Of a stretch of 64,000 bases of DNA, positions 20,777 to 30,558 are shown piece after piece; position 1 is the stretch's first letter, and each line of letters opens with the position of its first letter. The notes under the pieces were generated by a model that saw only the letters and a program-made list of their open reading frames with translations, made no database searches and had not been told where the DNA came from. This DNA is from Clostridia bacterium (GTDB taxonomy: Bacteria > Bacillota > Clostridia > Oscillospirales > CAG-272), in contig JAFTLQ010000015.1 in NCBI GenBank assembly GCA_017455905.1, positions 964-64,963 on the forward strand. The letters run 5' to 3'. A program made the position numbers and the translations under genes.

Positions 20777-21568
20777 TTGAAGGATATACTTATCACGGGT
20801 GCCTACGGCGGCATGGGACGTGCCACGGCCGAGGCGCTGAGCCGGCAGGGCTTTCGCGTATTTGCCCTTGACCGAGCCGTCGGGGAGGCACAGGAAACGA
20901 TCATTCCCATTGAGGCGGATATCACCTCTGAGCAGGCCGTGCGTGCCGCGATGGAGAAGGTGCGCTCGTATACCGATTCGCTGTGTGCGATTATACACTA
21001 TGCGGGCATTTATATGCTGGATTCGCTGGTCGAGATGGACGAGAGCAGTTTCCACCGTATCTTTGATATCAACGTCGGTGGCGTGTTTTTGGTGAATAAG
21101 ACGTTTTTGCCGCTTCTTTCGCGCGGCAGCCGTATTCTCATCACGACCAGCGAGCTTGCACCGCTGGATCCGCTCCCGTTCACGGGCATTTATGCCGTAA
21201 CCAAGGGGGCGTTAGACAAGTACGCGTATTCGCTGTGTATGGAGCTGCAGCTGCTCGGTATTTCGGTTTCCGTTCTCCGTGCGGGTGCGGTCGACACGGG
21301 CATGCTCGGCGCGTCGACCGATGCGCTGGACCGATTTTGCAAAAAGACTTCGCTCTATACCTGTAACGCCGACCACTTTCAACAGATCGTCAACCGTGTG
21401 GAGTCAAGATGCGTTCCGCCGGAGGCGATCGCCAAGAAGGCCATCCGCTTCCTCGGCAAGCGCCATCCCGCGTTTGCGTACAGCATCAATCGCAATCCGC
21501 TTCTCCTGCTTTTGAACGCTTTGCCAAAGCGGATGCAGCTTTGGGCGATCCGACTCGTTTTGCGATGA
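20777..21568 (+). CDS. SDR family oxidoreductase
   Basis: ILITGAYGGMGRATAEAL and the YAVTKGA (YxxxK) motif. TTG start after an AGGAGGG SD. Confidence 0.85.
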   Translation: MKDILITGAYGGMGRATAEALSRQGFRVFALDRAVGEAQETIIPIEADITSEQAVRAAMEKVRSYTDSLCAIIHYAGIYMLDSLVEMDESSFHRIFDINVGGVFLVNKTFLPLLSRGSRILITTSELAPLDPLPFTGIYAVTKGALDKYAYSLCMELQLLGISVSVLRAGAVDTGMLGASTDALDRFCKKTSLYTCNADHFQQIVNRVESRCVPPEAIAKKAIRFLGKRHPAFAYSINRNPLLLLLNALPKRMQLWAIRLVLR

Positions 21569-21670
21569 CGGCATGGGCTACTTTGCATTATTTGTAAATT
21601 ATTGTATGCAATTTCGCCGTATATTGGCCATAGTGTTGGCTTGATCCGCTATATATTACATACCTTTTTT

Positions 21671-21703
21671 CTCCGCGCCTTTATGTGAGGCGCGGAGCTT
21701 TTA
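21671..21703 (+). terminator. intrinsic terminator
   Basis: CTCCGCGCC / GGCGCGGAG stem followed by CTTTT. Confidence 0.65.
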
Positions 21704-21809
21704 TGTCTTTTTACCCATGACGCGCGGATGGTATTTGTCTGTGCCGTATGTCACTTAGTCTCGTGTCGGTCGGCGCCGCGCCTATCGTTGTGTTTTTGCG
21801 CAGAGGCTA

Positions 21810-21838
21810 TTGACAAGTTAATGCAGATGAACTATAAT
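21810..21838 (+). promoter_or_regulatory. consensus sigma-70 promoter upstream of the DUF5131/MarR cluster
   Basis: TTGACA (21810-21815), 17-nt spacer, TATAAT (21833-21838). Confidence 0.7.
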
Positions 21839-21937
21839 ATACACGTATAGTATCTATATAAACAATAGTCAATATATACATTAGAGAAACGGAAGGGTGC
21901 GGAGGAGGATCTTCGGTATCCTGTCAGGTGATAGGCG

Positions 21938-23138
21938 ATGAACAGAAACGACCGATCTTGGAACCCGTGGCACGGCTGCCGAAAATGCTCGGAGGGCTGT
22001 GCGAACTGCTATATGTTTTTCCTCGACAAAGCGAGGGACAGAGACGGCGGCGAGATCCACAAAAACAAGACCGACGCGAGCCTGCCGATCAAAAAAAGAT
22101 CGCCAGGGAAATTACAAAATAAAGCCCGGCGAATTCGTCCGTGTCTGCATGACCAGCGACTTCTTTCTCGAGGAGGCCGACGCATGGCGTGACGAAGCGT
22201 GGGCGATGATCCGACAGCGTCCCGACGTGACCTTCTCACTCCTGACGAAACGAGCGCATCGGATCAAGGACTGTCTGCCGGCCGATTGGGGCGACGGATG
22301 GGACAACGTGTTTCTGGCCGTATCCTGCGAAAATCAAGCAAGAGCCGACGAACGGATCCCGCTTTTGCTGGACGTCCCCGCCAAGCACAAATGGGTCAGT
22401 CTCAAGCCGTTTATCGGTGAGATCGACCTGGAAAGCTACTTGCAAACGGGGCAGATCGAGACCGTGCTGGCAGACGGTGAGAATTATGAAGGCATGCGTC
22501 CGCTTCACTACGAATGGGTCAAGCAGATATACGAGCAGTGTATCGCGCACCACGTCGAGTTCATCTTCGGACAGACGGGGAACGTATTCGTCAAGGACGG
22601 CAGGACCTACTACATCAAGGATCACACCACGCAGATCGATCAAGCCCTGGCATCGGGGCTGCAGAACCGATCGGGACGTGCAGAGGAGGAGAATACGCAC
22701 ATGACCAAGGAAGGTATTTACGAATTTATCCGCAGACAAAGGACCGCCTTTATATCGTCGGCGGGCGCGGACGGATATCCCGCGACGAGGGCTTTGATAC
22801 AGCCCGTGCTGATCCGTGGCAACGATATGTATTTTGCCACCTACACCTCGTCAAGAAAGGTGGCACATTACCGTCAAAACAGCAAGGCGTACGTGTATTT
22901 CTATGAAAAGGGACGAAGCTTTGCGGGTGTGGAGATCAAGGGGGATATGGTCGTCCTGACCGATCAGCCCACGAAGGACCGCTTTTGGAAGCCATTTTTT
23001 ACCCGCTCTTATAAAAAAGGTGTGACCGATCCCGACGATTGCATTTTGAAGTTCACGGGCTTTGAAGCGCAGTGGTTTACGGACCAGCGAACCGAGACGG
23101 TACCTTGTAAGGAGGCGAGGCGATGGACACGTATCTAA
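21938..23138 (+). pseudogene. DUF5131 (phage Gp37/Gp68 family) protein, frameshifted at an A7 run and continuous in frame with a PNPOx-like domain
   Basis: N-terminus MNRNDRSWNPWHGCRKCSEGCANCY is in frame 2 (track ORF 21938-22192). The rest (..GNYKIKPGEFVRVCMTSDFFLEEADAWR..) is in the frame of track ORF 21999-23138. Removing one A from AAAAAAA at 22091-22097 joins them as ...SLPIKKDRQGNYK.... Confidence 0.75.
22701..23138 (+). CDS. pyridoxamine 5'-phosphate oxidase-like (general stress protein 26-like) domain, either a separate protein or the C-terminal domain of the DUF5131 ORF
   Basis: MTKEGIYEFIRRQRTAFISSAGADGYPATRAL...YFATYTSSRKVAHYRQNSKAYVYFY fits PNPOx-like split-barrel proteins. It has its own GAGGAGGAG SD and ATG 22701, but no stop codon separates it from the upstream DUF5131 frame. 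Confidence 0.5.
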   Translation: MTKEGIYEFIRRQRTAFISSAGADGYPATRALIQPVLIRGNDMYFATYTSSRKVAHYRQNSKAYVYFYEKGRSFAGVEIKGDMVVLTDQPTKDRFWKPFFTRSYKKGVTDPDDCILKFTGFEAQWFTDQRTETVPCKEARRWTRI

Positions 23139-23539
23139 ATGCCAATATCGTGTTCTCCAAGTTTACAAGGGACTATATGGCGCTGAAAAAGGATCTGCCG
23201 ATCCGTCCCAGCGAGATGGGCGTGCTCAATATCCTTACGAAGCGTGAGGGAGACTATACGTCTCTCGCCATTGCCGAGCTTCTCGGCGTGTCCAAGTCGA
23301 TGATCGCGGCACACATTCAAGTGCTCCTCAAAAAGGGGTATATCTACAAGGAGGCATCCCTCGGCGACAAGCGTAGCTTTTACGTCCGACCGACGGAGAA
23401 GGCACGGGAACTTTCTGATGAATTTGAAGAAAAACAGACGAAATATCTAAAGACGATCGAGGCAAAGCTCGGGGCATCGGATTTTGCCGAGCTTATCCGC
23501 TTGCTTGACAAAACGCAAACTATACTTGACAAAATATAG
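23123..23539 (+). CDS. MarR family transcriptional regulator
   Basis: Winged-HTH pattern (PSEMGVLNILTKREGDYTSLAIAELLGVSKSMIAAHIQVLLKKGYIYKEASLGDKRSFYVRPTEKA). It overlaps the upstream ORF end by 16 nt. Confidence 0.85.
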   Translation: MDTYLNANIVFSKFTRDYMALKKDLPIRPSEMGVLNILTKREGDYTSLAIAELLGVSKSMIAAHIQVLLKKGYIYKEASLGDKRSFYVRPTEKARELSDEFEEKQTKYLKTIEAKLGASDFAELIRLLDKTQTILDKI

Positions 23540-23550
23540 GAAATATAACT

Positions 23551-24325
23551 GTGCAGAATACAGAGATCAATTATGCAATACCGTGGAATCCGTGGCACGG
23601 TTGTAAAAAAAGTTAGCCCCGGCTGTAAAAATTGTTTCGTTTATAAGATGGATAGACGCTACGGACGGGATACCACCATCATCGCCAAAGGTAAAACGAC
23701 CTATGAGCTGAAGGACAAGGATTGTCCTCCCGGCTCGCTCGTCAAGCTCTGCTTCTCCTCTGACTTCTTCATTGAAGAGGCGGACGAGTGGCGAGAGGGC
23801 TGCTGGGATTTCATAAGGCGCAGAAGAGACTGCATCTTTGTGACGACCACCAAGCGTCCCGAGCGCATCAAGGACTGCGTTCCCCCCGATTGGGGTGACG
23901 GCTGGGAGCATGTGCATATCAGTATATCCATTGAGAATCAGGAGATGGCAGACAAGCGCCTCACGGCCTTTTTTGCGGCTCCCGTCAAGCACCGCGAGGT
24001 GTTCTGCTCACCGCTTATCGCGCCGATCTCCTTGGGCAAGTATCTTGACACGGGGCTGATCAAATGCGTCAACGTCGGCGGCGAGATGTCCCCCAAGAAT
24101 GAGGTACGCCCCATCCTGTACGAATGGGTACGAGATCTGTTCCTTGAGGCGAAGGAACGCGGCATTGAGTTCTATTTCCATCAGTGCGGTTCTATGTTTA
24201 TGAAGGACGGCGTCAACATCGGCAAATGGAATCTTAACGACCAGATCGCGCGCGTCGAGGAAATTCAGCACGAGCTGGAAGCCTTGTACGGCGAAACGCC
24301 GAAGAGCGATCACAAGGGCTGCTGA
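23551..24325 (+). pseudogene. DUF5131 (phage Gp37/Gp68 family) protein, second paralog, frameshifted at an A7 run
   Basis: GTG 23551 gives MQNTEINYAIPWNPWHGCKK and then hits TAG. The track ORF 23573-24325 continues in another frame as ..VSPGCKNCF..LCFSSDFFIEEADEWR... Removing one A from AAAAAAA at 23605-23611 restores WNPWHGCKKVSPGCKNCF. Confidence 0.75.
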
Positions 24326-24398
24326 AATAGCGTATGAAACGTACGGCACGTTGACTGTGCCGTACGAGTGCATGCCGTAACAGACAAGGAGAGGAACC

Positions 24399-24812
24399 AT
24401 GCATAACGAAACGCTCACGTTTTATCCCGCACATCCATCGGGAGAAAAAACACATTTGATCGAAACGGTGGCTATGCCGATCCTTCGGCAGAACGCGCCC
24501 TTTGACGTACGGGCGCTGTGCAACGAGTTTGCCGCCGATGAGGAACGCTTTTACGCCACGTACGTCGACAAACGCTTCGAGATCACGGGGATCGCCAAGA
24601 CGGTCGGCCCCGACATTCATAACAAGCCGTCGCTCGAGATCTCCGATCGCGCGGACGGCCCGACCTATGCCCTCATGATATTCCCGACAGACGACCATTA
24701 CCGCAAGGTCAAGGTCGGCGACAGAGTAACGGTGCGCGCCAATTATCTTGTGATGAGCAATCACTACGGCACGGTAATGAAATATAGCGAGCTTGTCTCG
24801 GTAGAAGCATGA
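24399..24812 (+). CDS. hypothetical protein (possibly OB-fold)
   Basis: AAGGAGAGG SD and ATG. The pattern FEITGIAKTVG...VKVGDRVTVRANY weakly suggests an OB-fold/tRNA_anti-like domain. Confidence 0.55.
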   Translation: MHNETLTFYPAHPSGEKTHLIETVAMPILRQNAPFDVRALCNEFAADEERFYATYVDKRFEITGIAKTVGPDIHNKPSLEISDRADGPTYALMIFPTDDHYRKVKVGDRVTVRANYLVMSNHYGTVMKYSELVSVEA

Positions 24813-24914
24813 GTGAATCGATGCGGTGCTTGCGCTGATCGACCGTATTCTTGATAGATAAAAAGCCATCATGCGCCGATGTAGATCATAGCATCGATCA
24901 GGGAAGTATAAGCA

Positions 24915-26312
24915 ATGAATCAAAAAATGGAAACAAGTGTAGACAATCAATACAAAAAAATGACCGAAACTCCGGTGGCAAGGCTGATCATTACGCTTGG
25001 CATACCGACGACCATCAGTATGCTGATCACCAATATATACAACATGGCCGATTCGTATTTTGTCAGCCGGCTGCCGTCGATCAGCGCGGGCGGTGCCACG
25101 AGCGTTGTGTTTGGCATTATGTCCATTCTGCAAGCCTTTGGCTTTATGTTCGGACACGGTGCGGGCAGTAACATCAGCCGCATGCTCGGCAGCAAGCATG
25201 TGGAACGGGCGAGCACCTATGCCTCGACCGGCTTTTTCCTGGCACTCCTTTGCGGACTTGGCATCATGGCAGGAGGCCTCATTTTCCTTGAGCCCTTGAT
25301 GCGTCTTTTGGGAAGCACCGAAACCATCCTTCCGTACGCCATGAAATACGGCCGATGGATTCTGATCGCCGCTCCCGCGATGACGGCCAGCTGTGTGCTG
25401 AATAACATCCTTCGCTACGAGGGAAAAGCCATGCTGGCTATGATCGGCCTGACGACGGGCGGTATTCTGAATATAGCCCTGGACCCTCTGTTTATTTTTG
25501 CCTTTGATATGGGGATCGGCGGTGCAGGCCTTGCGACCGCCTTGTCGCAGTATATCTCATTCAGTATCCTCTTGTCGATGTTTTTGCGAAAGAAAACGCA
25601 GTCGAGGCTGTCGGTGCGTCGGATCGCAAGAGACTTCAAAACCGTCGGCGACATCGTCGTAACGGGTCTTCCCAGCTTTGCAAGGCAGGGGCTGAACAGC
25701 GTTTCCACGATGGTTCTTAACGCACAGGCAAAGCCCTTTGGAGATGCCGCAATCGCCGCTATGGGATACGTTGGCAGGACCTCCAGCCTTATTTTCAGTG
25801 TGGGTCTCGGTATCGGACAGGGCTTTCAGCCGGTGTCGGGATTTAACTACGGAGCAAAGAAATATTCGAGAGTCAAGAAGGGAACCTTGTTCACGCTTGG
25901 CTTTGGTATGGCACTGATCGGTATCATATCGGCGGTCTGCTTTGGATTCGCGCCGCAGATCATATCCCTCTTCCGCCCCGAAGCCGAGGTCATACAGATC
26001 GGTAGCGAGGCGCTCAGGCTTATGTGCGTATTTCTGCTGTTCCTTCCCATTTCCGTTGTCGGAACCATGCTGTTTCAGAGCATTGGAAAGAGCGTTCCCG
26101 CACTGATCCTTTCCTGCTTGCAGAGCGGAGCGGTGTTTATACCGCTGTGCCTCATCCTGCCGTACAGGTACGGGATTTTCGGAATCGAGATCTCACAGCC
26201 TATTGCGTACTTCACAGCGGCCCTCGTGTCTCTTCCGGTAACGCTTGTTTTTCTTAAACGCTTACCGAAGGACGAATCCCCCGATAAGGAGATAAAAAAT
26301 GAAATTGAATGA
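24915..26312 (+). CDS. MATE family efflux transporter
   Basis: 12-TM protein with the typical MATE N-terminus (TETPVARLIITLGIPTTISMLITNIYNMADSYFVSRL). The start could instead be ATG 24960. Confidence 0.85.
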   Translation: MNQKMETSVDNQYKKMTETPVARLIITLGIPTTISMLITNIYNMADSYFVSRLPSISAGGATSVVFGIMSILQAFGFMFGHGAGSNISRMLGSKHVERASTYASTGFFLALLCGLGIMAGGLIFLEPLMRLLGSTETILPYAMKYGRWILIAAPAMTASCVLNNILRYEGKAMLAMIGLTTGGILNIALDPLFIFAFDMGIGGAGLATALSQYISFSILLSMFLRKKTQSRLSVRRIARDFKTVGDIVVTGLPSFARQGLNSVSTMVLNAQAKPFGDAAIAAMGYVGRTSSLIFSVGLGIGQGFQPVSGFNYGAKKYSRVKKGTLFTLGFGMALIGIISAVCFGFAPQIISLFRPEAEVIQIGSEALRLMCVFLLFLPISVVGTMLFQSIGKSVPALILSCLQSGAVFIPLCLILPYRYGIFGIEISQPIAYFTAALVSLPVTLVFLKRLPKDESPDKEIKNEIE

Positions 26313-28644
26313 ACTGCCGATCAGTCAAACGGCAACCGTCACCCGTGTAGGCGGTGAGGGTGCTCTGCGACAGCATTTTTTGGATATGGGTGTGATCCCG
26401 AATGCGGATATTACGCTTGTAAAATATGCTCCGATGGGTGACCCCATGGAGTTTATGATACACGGGTATGAGTTGACACTTCGCGTGGCGGATGCCGACA
26501 AGATTGAGATCGAAAACGTACGGACCGTGACGGCGGACAGCGCCCAACCCGACCAGCGGAAAAAGAGCGCGCATCCCGGCCTTGGCGAGGGAGGAAAATA
26601 TCACGTCAAGAAGCATGAAGATCCCTTGCCCGACGGAACCGTCTTAACCTTTGCTCTGGCAGGCAATCAGAACTGCGGCAAGACCACGCTGTTCAATCAA
26701 CTGACAGGCTCCAATCAGCACGTAGGAAATTTCCCCGGTGTAACGGTCGACCGCAAGGACGGAGAGATCAAGGGAAGAAGCAAAACGCTGGTGACCGACC
26801 TGCCCGGCATTTATTCCTTGTCGCCGTATTCCGGTGAGGAGATCGTGACAAGAGATTTTCTGCTTCGTGAGAAGCCGACGTGTATCATCAATATCGTGGA
26901 TGCTACCAATATCGAACGAAACCTCTATTTGACGATGCAGCTTTTGGAATTGGATATTCCTATGGTGCTGGCGCTGAATATGATGGATGAACTCAGAGAT
27001 AACGGCGGTTCGGTCCTTGTCAATGAAATGGAGAATTTGCTCGGTATTCCCGTGATCCCGATCTCTGCCGCCAAAAATGAAGGCATCAACGAGCTGATCG
27101 AGCACGCGATCCACGTAGCCAAATATCAAGAAAGACCAGGCAGAAAGGACTTTTGCAGTGCGAAAGACCGCGGCGGCGTATTACATAGAGCGTTGCACGG
27201 CATTATGCACCTGATCGAGGATCATGCGAAGGCCGCCGATATTCCTCTGCGCTTTGCGGCAAGTAAGGTGGTCGAGGGTGACGCTCTGATCGTCGAAAGG
27301 CTGAAGCTTGACCGCAACGAAGAGGACATGATCGGCCATATCATCGAGCAAATGGAGCATGAGGGTGCCCTTGACCGTGCGGCGGCGATCGCACAGATGC
27401 GGTTTACCTTTATCCAAGAGGTGTGCAAGGAGACCGTCGTAAAGCCCCGCGAGAGTCGGGAGCACGCAAGAAGCCGTAAGATCGATAAGATCCTGACGGG
27501 AAAATACACGGCGATCCCTGCCTTTATCGGCATCATGGCGCTGGTCTTCTGGCTCACCTTCGATGTGATCGGTGCCTTCTTTCAGAACCTGCTGGATATG
27601 GGCATCTCCGCGCTGACCGAGCTGGTGGATCATGCCATGACCTCAGCCGGTGTCAATGAGGTGCTGCATTCCTTGATCATTGACGGTATTTTTATCGGTG
27701 TCGGAAGCGTTCTCAGCTTCCTGCCTATTATCGTTACGCTGTTTTTCTTCCTGTCATTTATGGAGGATAGCGGCTATATCGCTCGTGTGGCCTTTGTGAT
27801 GGATAAGCTGCTGAGAAAGATCGGTCTTTCCGGCAGAAGCATCGTGCCGATGCTGATCGGCTTCGGCTGTACGGTACCCGGCGTCATGGCAACGAGAACA
27901 TTGCCCTCGGAGCGTGACCGAAAGATGACGGTCCTGCTTACCCCGTTTATGAGCTGCACCGCCAAGCTTCCTATTTACGCCTTTTTTACCCATGCGTTTT
28001 TCCCCGAGCACGGTGCGCTCGTCATGATCTCGCTCTATGTGATCGGCATCGTTGTCGGCATCGGTGTCGCCTTCTTGCTGAAGGGAACCTTGTTTAAAGG
28101 CGAGCCGGTACCGTTTGTTATGGAGCTGCCGAATTATCGCATGCCGGGAGCCAAAAACGTCGCACGCTTGCTGTGGGATAAGGCTAAGGATTTTCTGCAA
28201 AGAGCCTTTACCGTTATCTTTTTGGCGTCCATTGTTATCTGGTTTTTGCAAACCTTTGATCTCAGACTGAACGTAGTAGCCGATCCGCAGAGCAGTATGT
28301 TGGCATGGATCTCGGGCTGTATCGCCCCCTTATTCAAGCCGGTCGGCTTCGGCGATTGGCGGATATCCACGGCGCTGATCTCCGGCTTTATGGCAAAGGA
28401 AAGCGTGGTATCCACGCTCAACGTCCTCTTTGGCTCGGTCGAAAGCCTTTTGGCGGTCCTCTCTCCCGTGGCGGCGCTGAGTCTGCTCGTATTTTGCCTG
28501 CTCTATACTCCCTGCGTGGCGGCCGTCGCCTCGGTCAAGCGGGAGCTTGGCGCACGATGGGCGGTCGGCGTTGTGGTCGGGCAGTGCGTGATTGCTTGGA
28601 TCGTTTCGTTCGTCGTTTATCAACTCGGGTGTCTGTTTGTATAA
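26299..28644 (+). CDS. feoB: ferrous iron transporter, FeoA-FeoB fusion
   Basis: The N-terminal FeoA SH3-like domain (VTRVGGEGALRQHFLDMGVIPNADITLV) is followed by the FeoB G-domain (ALAGNQNCGKTTLFNQLTG, DLPGIYSL) and the polytopic permease domain. Confidence 0.9.
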   Translation: MKLNELPISQTATVTRVGGEGALRQHFLDMGVIPNADITLVKYAPMGDPMEFMIHGYELTLRVADADKIEIENVRTVTADSAQPDQRKKSAHPGLGEGGKYHVKKHEDPLPDGTVLTFALAGNQNCGKTTLFNQLTGSNQHVGNFPGVTVDRKDGEIKGRSKTLVTDLPGIYSLSPYSGEEIVTRDFLLREKPTCIINIVDATNIERNLYLTMQLLELDIPMVLALNMMDELRDNGGSVLVNEMENLLGIPVIPISAAKNEGINELIEHAIHVAKYQERPGRKDFCSAKDRGGVLHRALHGIMHLIEDHAKAADIPLRFAASKVVEGDALIVERLKLDRNEEDMIGHIIEQMEHEGALDRAAAIAQMRFTFIQEVCKETVVKPRESREHARSRKIDKILTGKYTAIPAFIGIMALVFWLTFDVIGAFFQNLLDMGISALTELVDHAMTSAGVNEVLHSLIIDGIFIGVGSVLSFLPIIVTLFFFLSFMEDSGYIARVAFVMDKLLRKIGLSGRSIVPMLIGFGCTVPGVMATRTLPSERDRKMTVLLTPFMSCTAKLPIYAFFTHAFFPEHGALVMISLYVIGIVVGIGVAFLLKGTLFKGEPVPFVMELPNYRMPGAKNVARLLWDKAKDFLQRAFTVIFLASIVIWFLQTFDLRLNVVADPQSSMLAWISGCIAPLFKPVGFGDWRISTALISGFMAKESVVSTLNVLFGSVESLLAVLSPVAALSLLVFCLLYTPCVAAVASVKRELGARWAVGVVVGQCVIAWIVSFVVYQLGCLFV

Positions 28645-28655
28645 GGAAAAGTCAT

Positions 28656-28682
28656 GCGAACGGCGGCCTTCGCGCGTTTTTT
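28656..28682 (+). terminator. possible weak intrinsic terminator after feoB
   Basis: GC-rich hairpin GCGAA...TTCGC followed by GCGTTTTTT. Confidence 0.4.
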
Positions 28683-28762
28683 GCCAAAGGTCACCGTGCG
28701 CTGTTTCCCCTTGCTACGGGTCGGCATGCCCAAAAATATTAGATTCCATAAGGAGAATGATC

Positions 28763-29296
28763 ATGAACACTTTGTAAGCCCTTTACAGCAGACGGTCGAT
28801 CCGTAATTTTAACGGAGAAAGCATCACGGACAACGAGCTTAAGGAAATTTTGAGATCCGCGTATGCCGCCCCCGTTGGCCGTGCGATGTACGACACCTTG
28901 CATCTGACCGTCGTCAGCAACAAGGACGTGCTGACGGCGTGGGAAGCGCATATGGCAAAGGCGGTCGGAAACCCCGATCTGCATCCCTTTTACGGCGCGC
29001 CTACCGTCATTCTCGTATCCTCCGCTATGTCCTCTGCATCTGTGAATAACGTCGCCTTCTCCAACGCCGCGATCGTCGTTCACAATATGGCGATCGCCGC
29101 TACCGAGCTTGGCGTGGGCGCTTGCCACATCTGGGGTGCTGCCGGCATGCTGAACGGGAACGCCGAGATGATGACGGCGTTGCACATTCCCGAAGGCATG
29201 GTTCCTTGCTGTGCGATCGCACTCGGCCATTTTGACGGCACGTATACGCTCCGTGAGCTGGCGGAGGGCCGTATCCAAACGGATCATGTCCGTTAA
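28763..29296 (+). pseudogene. nitroreductase family protein with an in-frame TAA at codon 5
   Basis: AAGGAGA SD and ATG 28763 give MNTL, then TAA (28775-28777). The same frame continues ALYSRRSIRNFNGESITDNELKEILRSAYAAP..., a canonical nitroreductase N-terminus. The track ORF starts only at TTG 28850. Confidence 0.7.
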
Positions 29297-29312
29297 GCCT
29301 TGAGGTGATCGT

Positions 29313-30269
29313 ATGCCGACACTTGAACGTCTCGGGCTTGGCTGCATGGGCATGTCCTGCCGCCGAAATCCCGAAGCTTCCATAAAAACCATTCACGCCG
29401 CCCTTGACCGCGGCATAACGCTGTTCAATACGGGCGAGTTTTACAACGCGGGCGAGAGTGAAATGATCGTCGGTCAGGCGATGCGCGGTGTGCCGAGAGA
29501 CCGCTATTTTCTGTCGGTCAAGTTCGGCGTGCTGCCTCAGCCCGGCGGCGGTATCTACGGACTGGATAACAAGCCCTTCAACGTCAAAGGGCATCTGGCC
29601 TATTCGTTGGCACGGCTCGGCATGGACTACGTCGACCTGTATCAGCCGGCGCGGCAGGACACGGAAATTCCCGTCGAAGAGGTCGTGGGCGAGATAGCAA
29701 GGCTCGTTGAGGCCGGCTATGTTCGCCATATCGGTCTTTCGATGGTGGATGCCGAAACGCTTCGCCGTGCCTGTAAGGTGCACCCCATTCACACCGTAGA
29801 AATGTCGTATTCGCTGATCGACAGAGATATTGAAAGGGAGCTGATCGGCACCGCCAAGGAGCTTGGCGTAAGGGTGCTTGCCTTCGGTACGATCGGACAC
29901 GGACTGTTTGCCGACAACGTGCTGGAACGGTCGCAGAACGATCCCCGTCTGTCACGCGGTCTGCTTTCTCCCGAGCACCGAGAGACCAATTTGCCAATGA
30001 TCAAAGCCGTCAAGACGATCGCGGACGAAAAGGGCATCGGCCTTTCACAGCTCGCACTCGCTTGGTCGCTTGCAAAATACAATCACATGCAGAGCCTTGT
30101 CGGTACGACAGATCCCGCGCACCTAAAAAGTGCCGTCGATGCCTTGTCGGTCACGCTTTCCAAGGCGGATATCGAGCGCATCGAAGCCGCTATCCCCGCG
30201 GATGCGGTCCGTGGGAAGGGTATGAGAAATTTCCGCTTTACCAACGGGCAGATGTCGTTGGCAACATAA
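29313..30269 (+). CDS. aldo/keto reductase
   Basis: LGLGCMGMS, FNTGEFYNAGESE and HIGLS motifs typical of the AKR family. Confidence 0.85.
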   Translation: MPTLERLGLGCMGMSCRRNPEASIKTIHAALDRGITLFNTGEFYNAGESEMIVGQAMRGVPRDRYFLSVKFGVLPQPGGGIYGLDNKPFNVKGHLAYSLARLGMDYVDLYQPARQDTEIPVEEVVGEIARLVEAGYVRHIGLSMVDAETLRRACKVHPIHTVEMSYSLIDRDIERELIGTAKELGVRVLAFGTIGHGLFADNVLERSQNDPRLSRGLLSPEHRETNLPMIKAVKTIADEKGIGLSQLALAWSLAKYNHMQSLVGTTDPAHLKSAVDALSVTLSKADIERIEAAIPADAVRGKGMRNFRFTNGQMSLAT

Positions 30270-30414
30270 GATCGCATGTATGTCTAAGCGATAAGATCCG
30301 TTCGCTTGTCAAAACTTTTTTCAAAACCTCTTGATTTTTGTTCAAAAAAGCTATTGACTCTGTTATTCTAACAGGGTTTACAATAGGAGACATGCGAAAA
30401 TCGGAGGAGCATAC

Positions 30415-30558
30415 ATGGAACAAACAGTTTCTGCGTCCAATCCGCTCGGTACAGAGCGAATTGGCAAATTGATGGTACGCTTTGCCGTACCAAGTATTAT
30501 TGCTCTTGTTGTAAAAGCACATCACGGATCAGGTCTGGGGACTTGCCGAAAACTATGA
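30415..30558 (+). pseudogene. N-terminal remnant (~33 aa) of a MATE efflux transporter
   Basis: MEQTVSASNPLGTERIGKLMVRFAVPSIIALVV is a typical MATE N-terminus. Homology stops at ~30513 and the frame ends at 30558. SD GGAGGAG is present. Confidence 0.6.

Noticed and set aside
21999-23138. Treating track ORF 21999-23138 (379 aa) as an intact gene
   Set aside because: Its first ~45 codons are an out-of-frame reading of the DUF5131 N-terminus. The conserved WNPWHGC...GC..C motif lies in the other frame (21938-22192), so the locus is better described as frameshifted.
24339-24366. Perfect 10-bp hairpin CGTACGGCAC-N7-GTGCCGTACG after DUF5131 copy 2, as a terminator
   Set aside because: No U-tract follows. 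It may be a processing or stability element or an operator, but the evidence is insufficient to call it.
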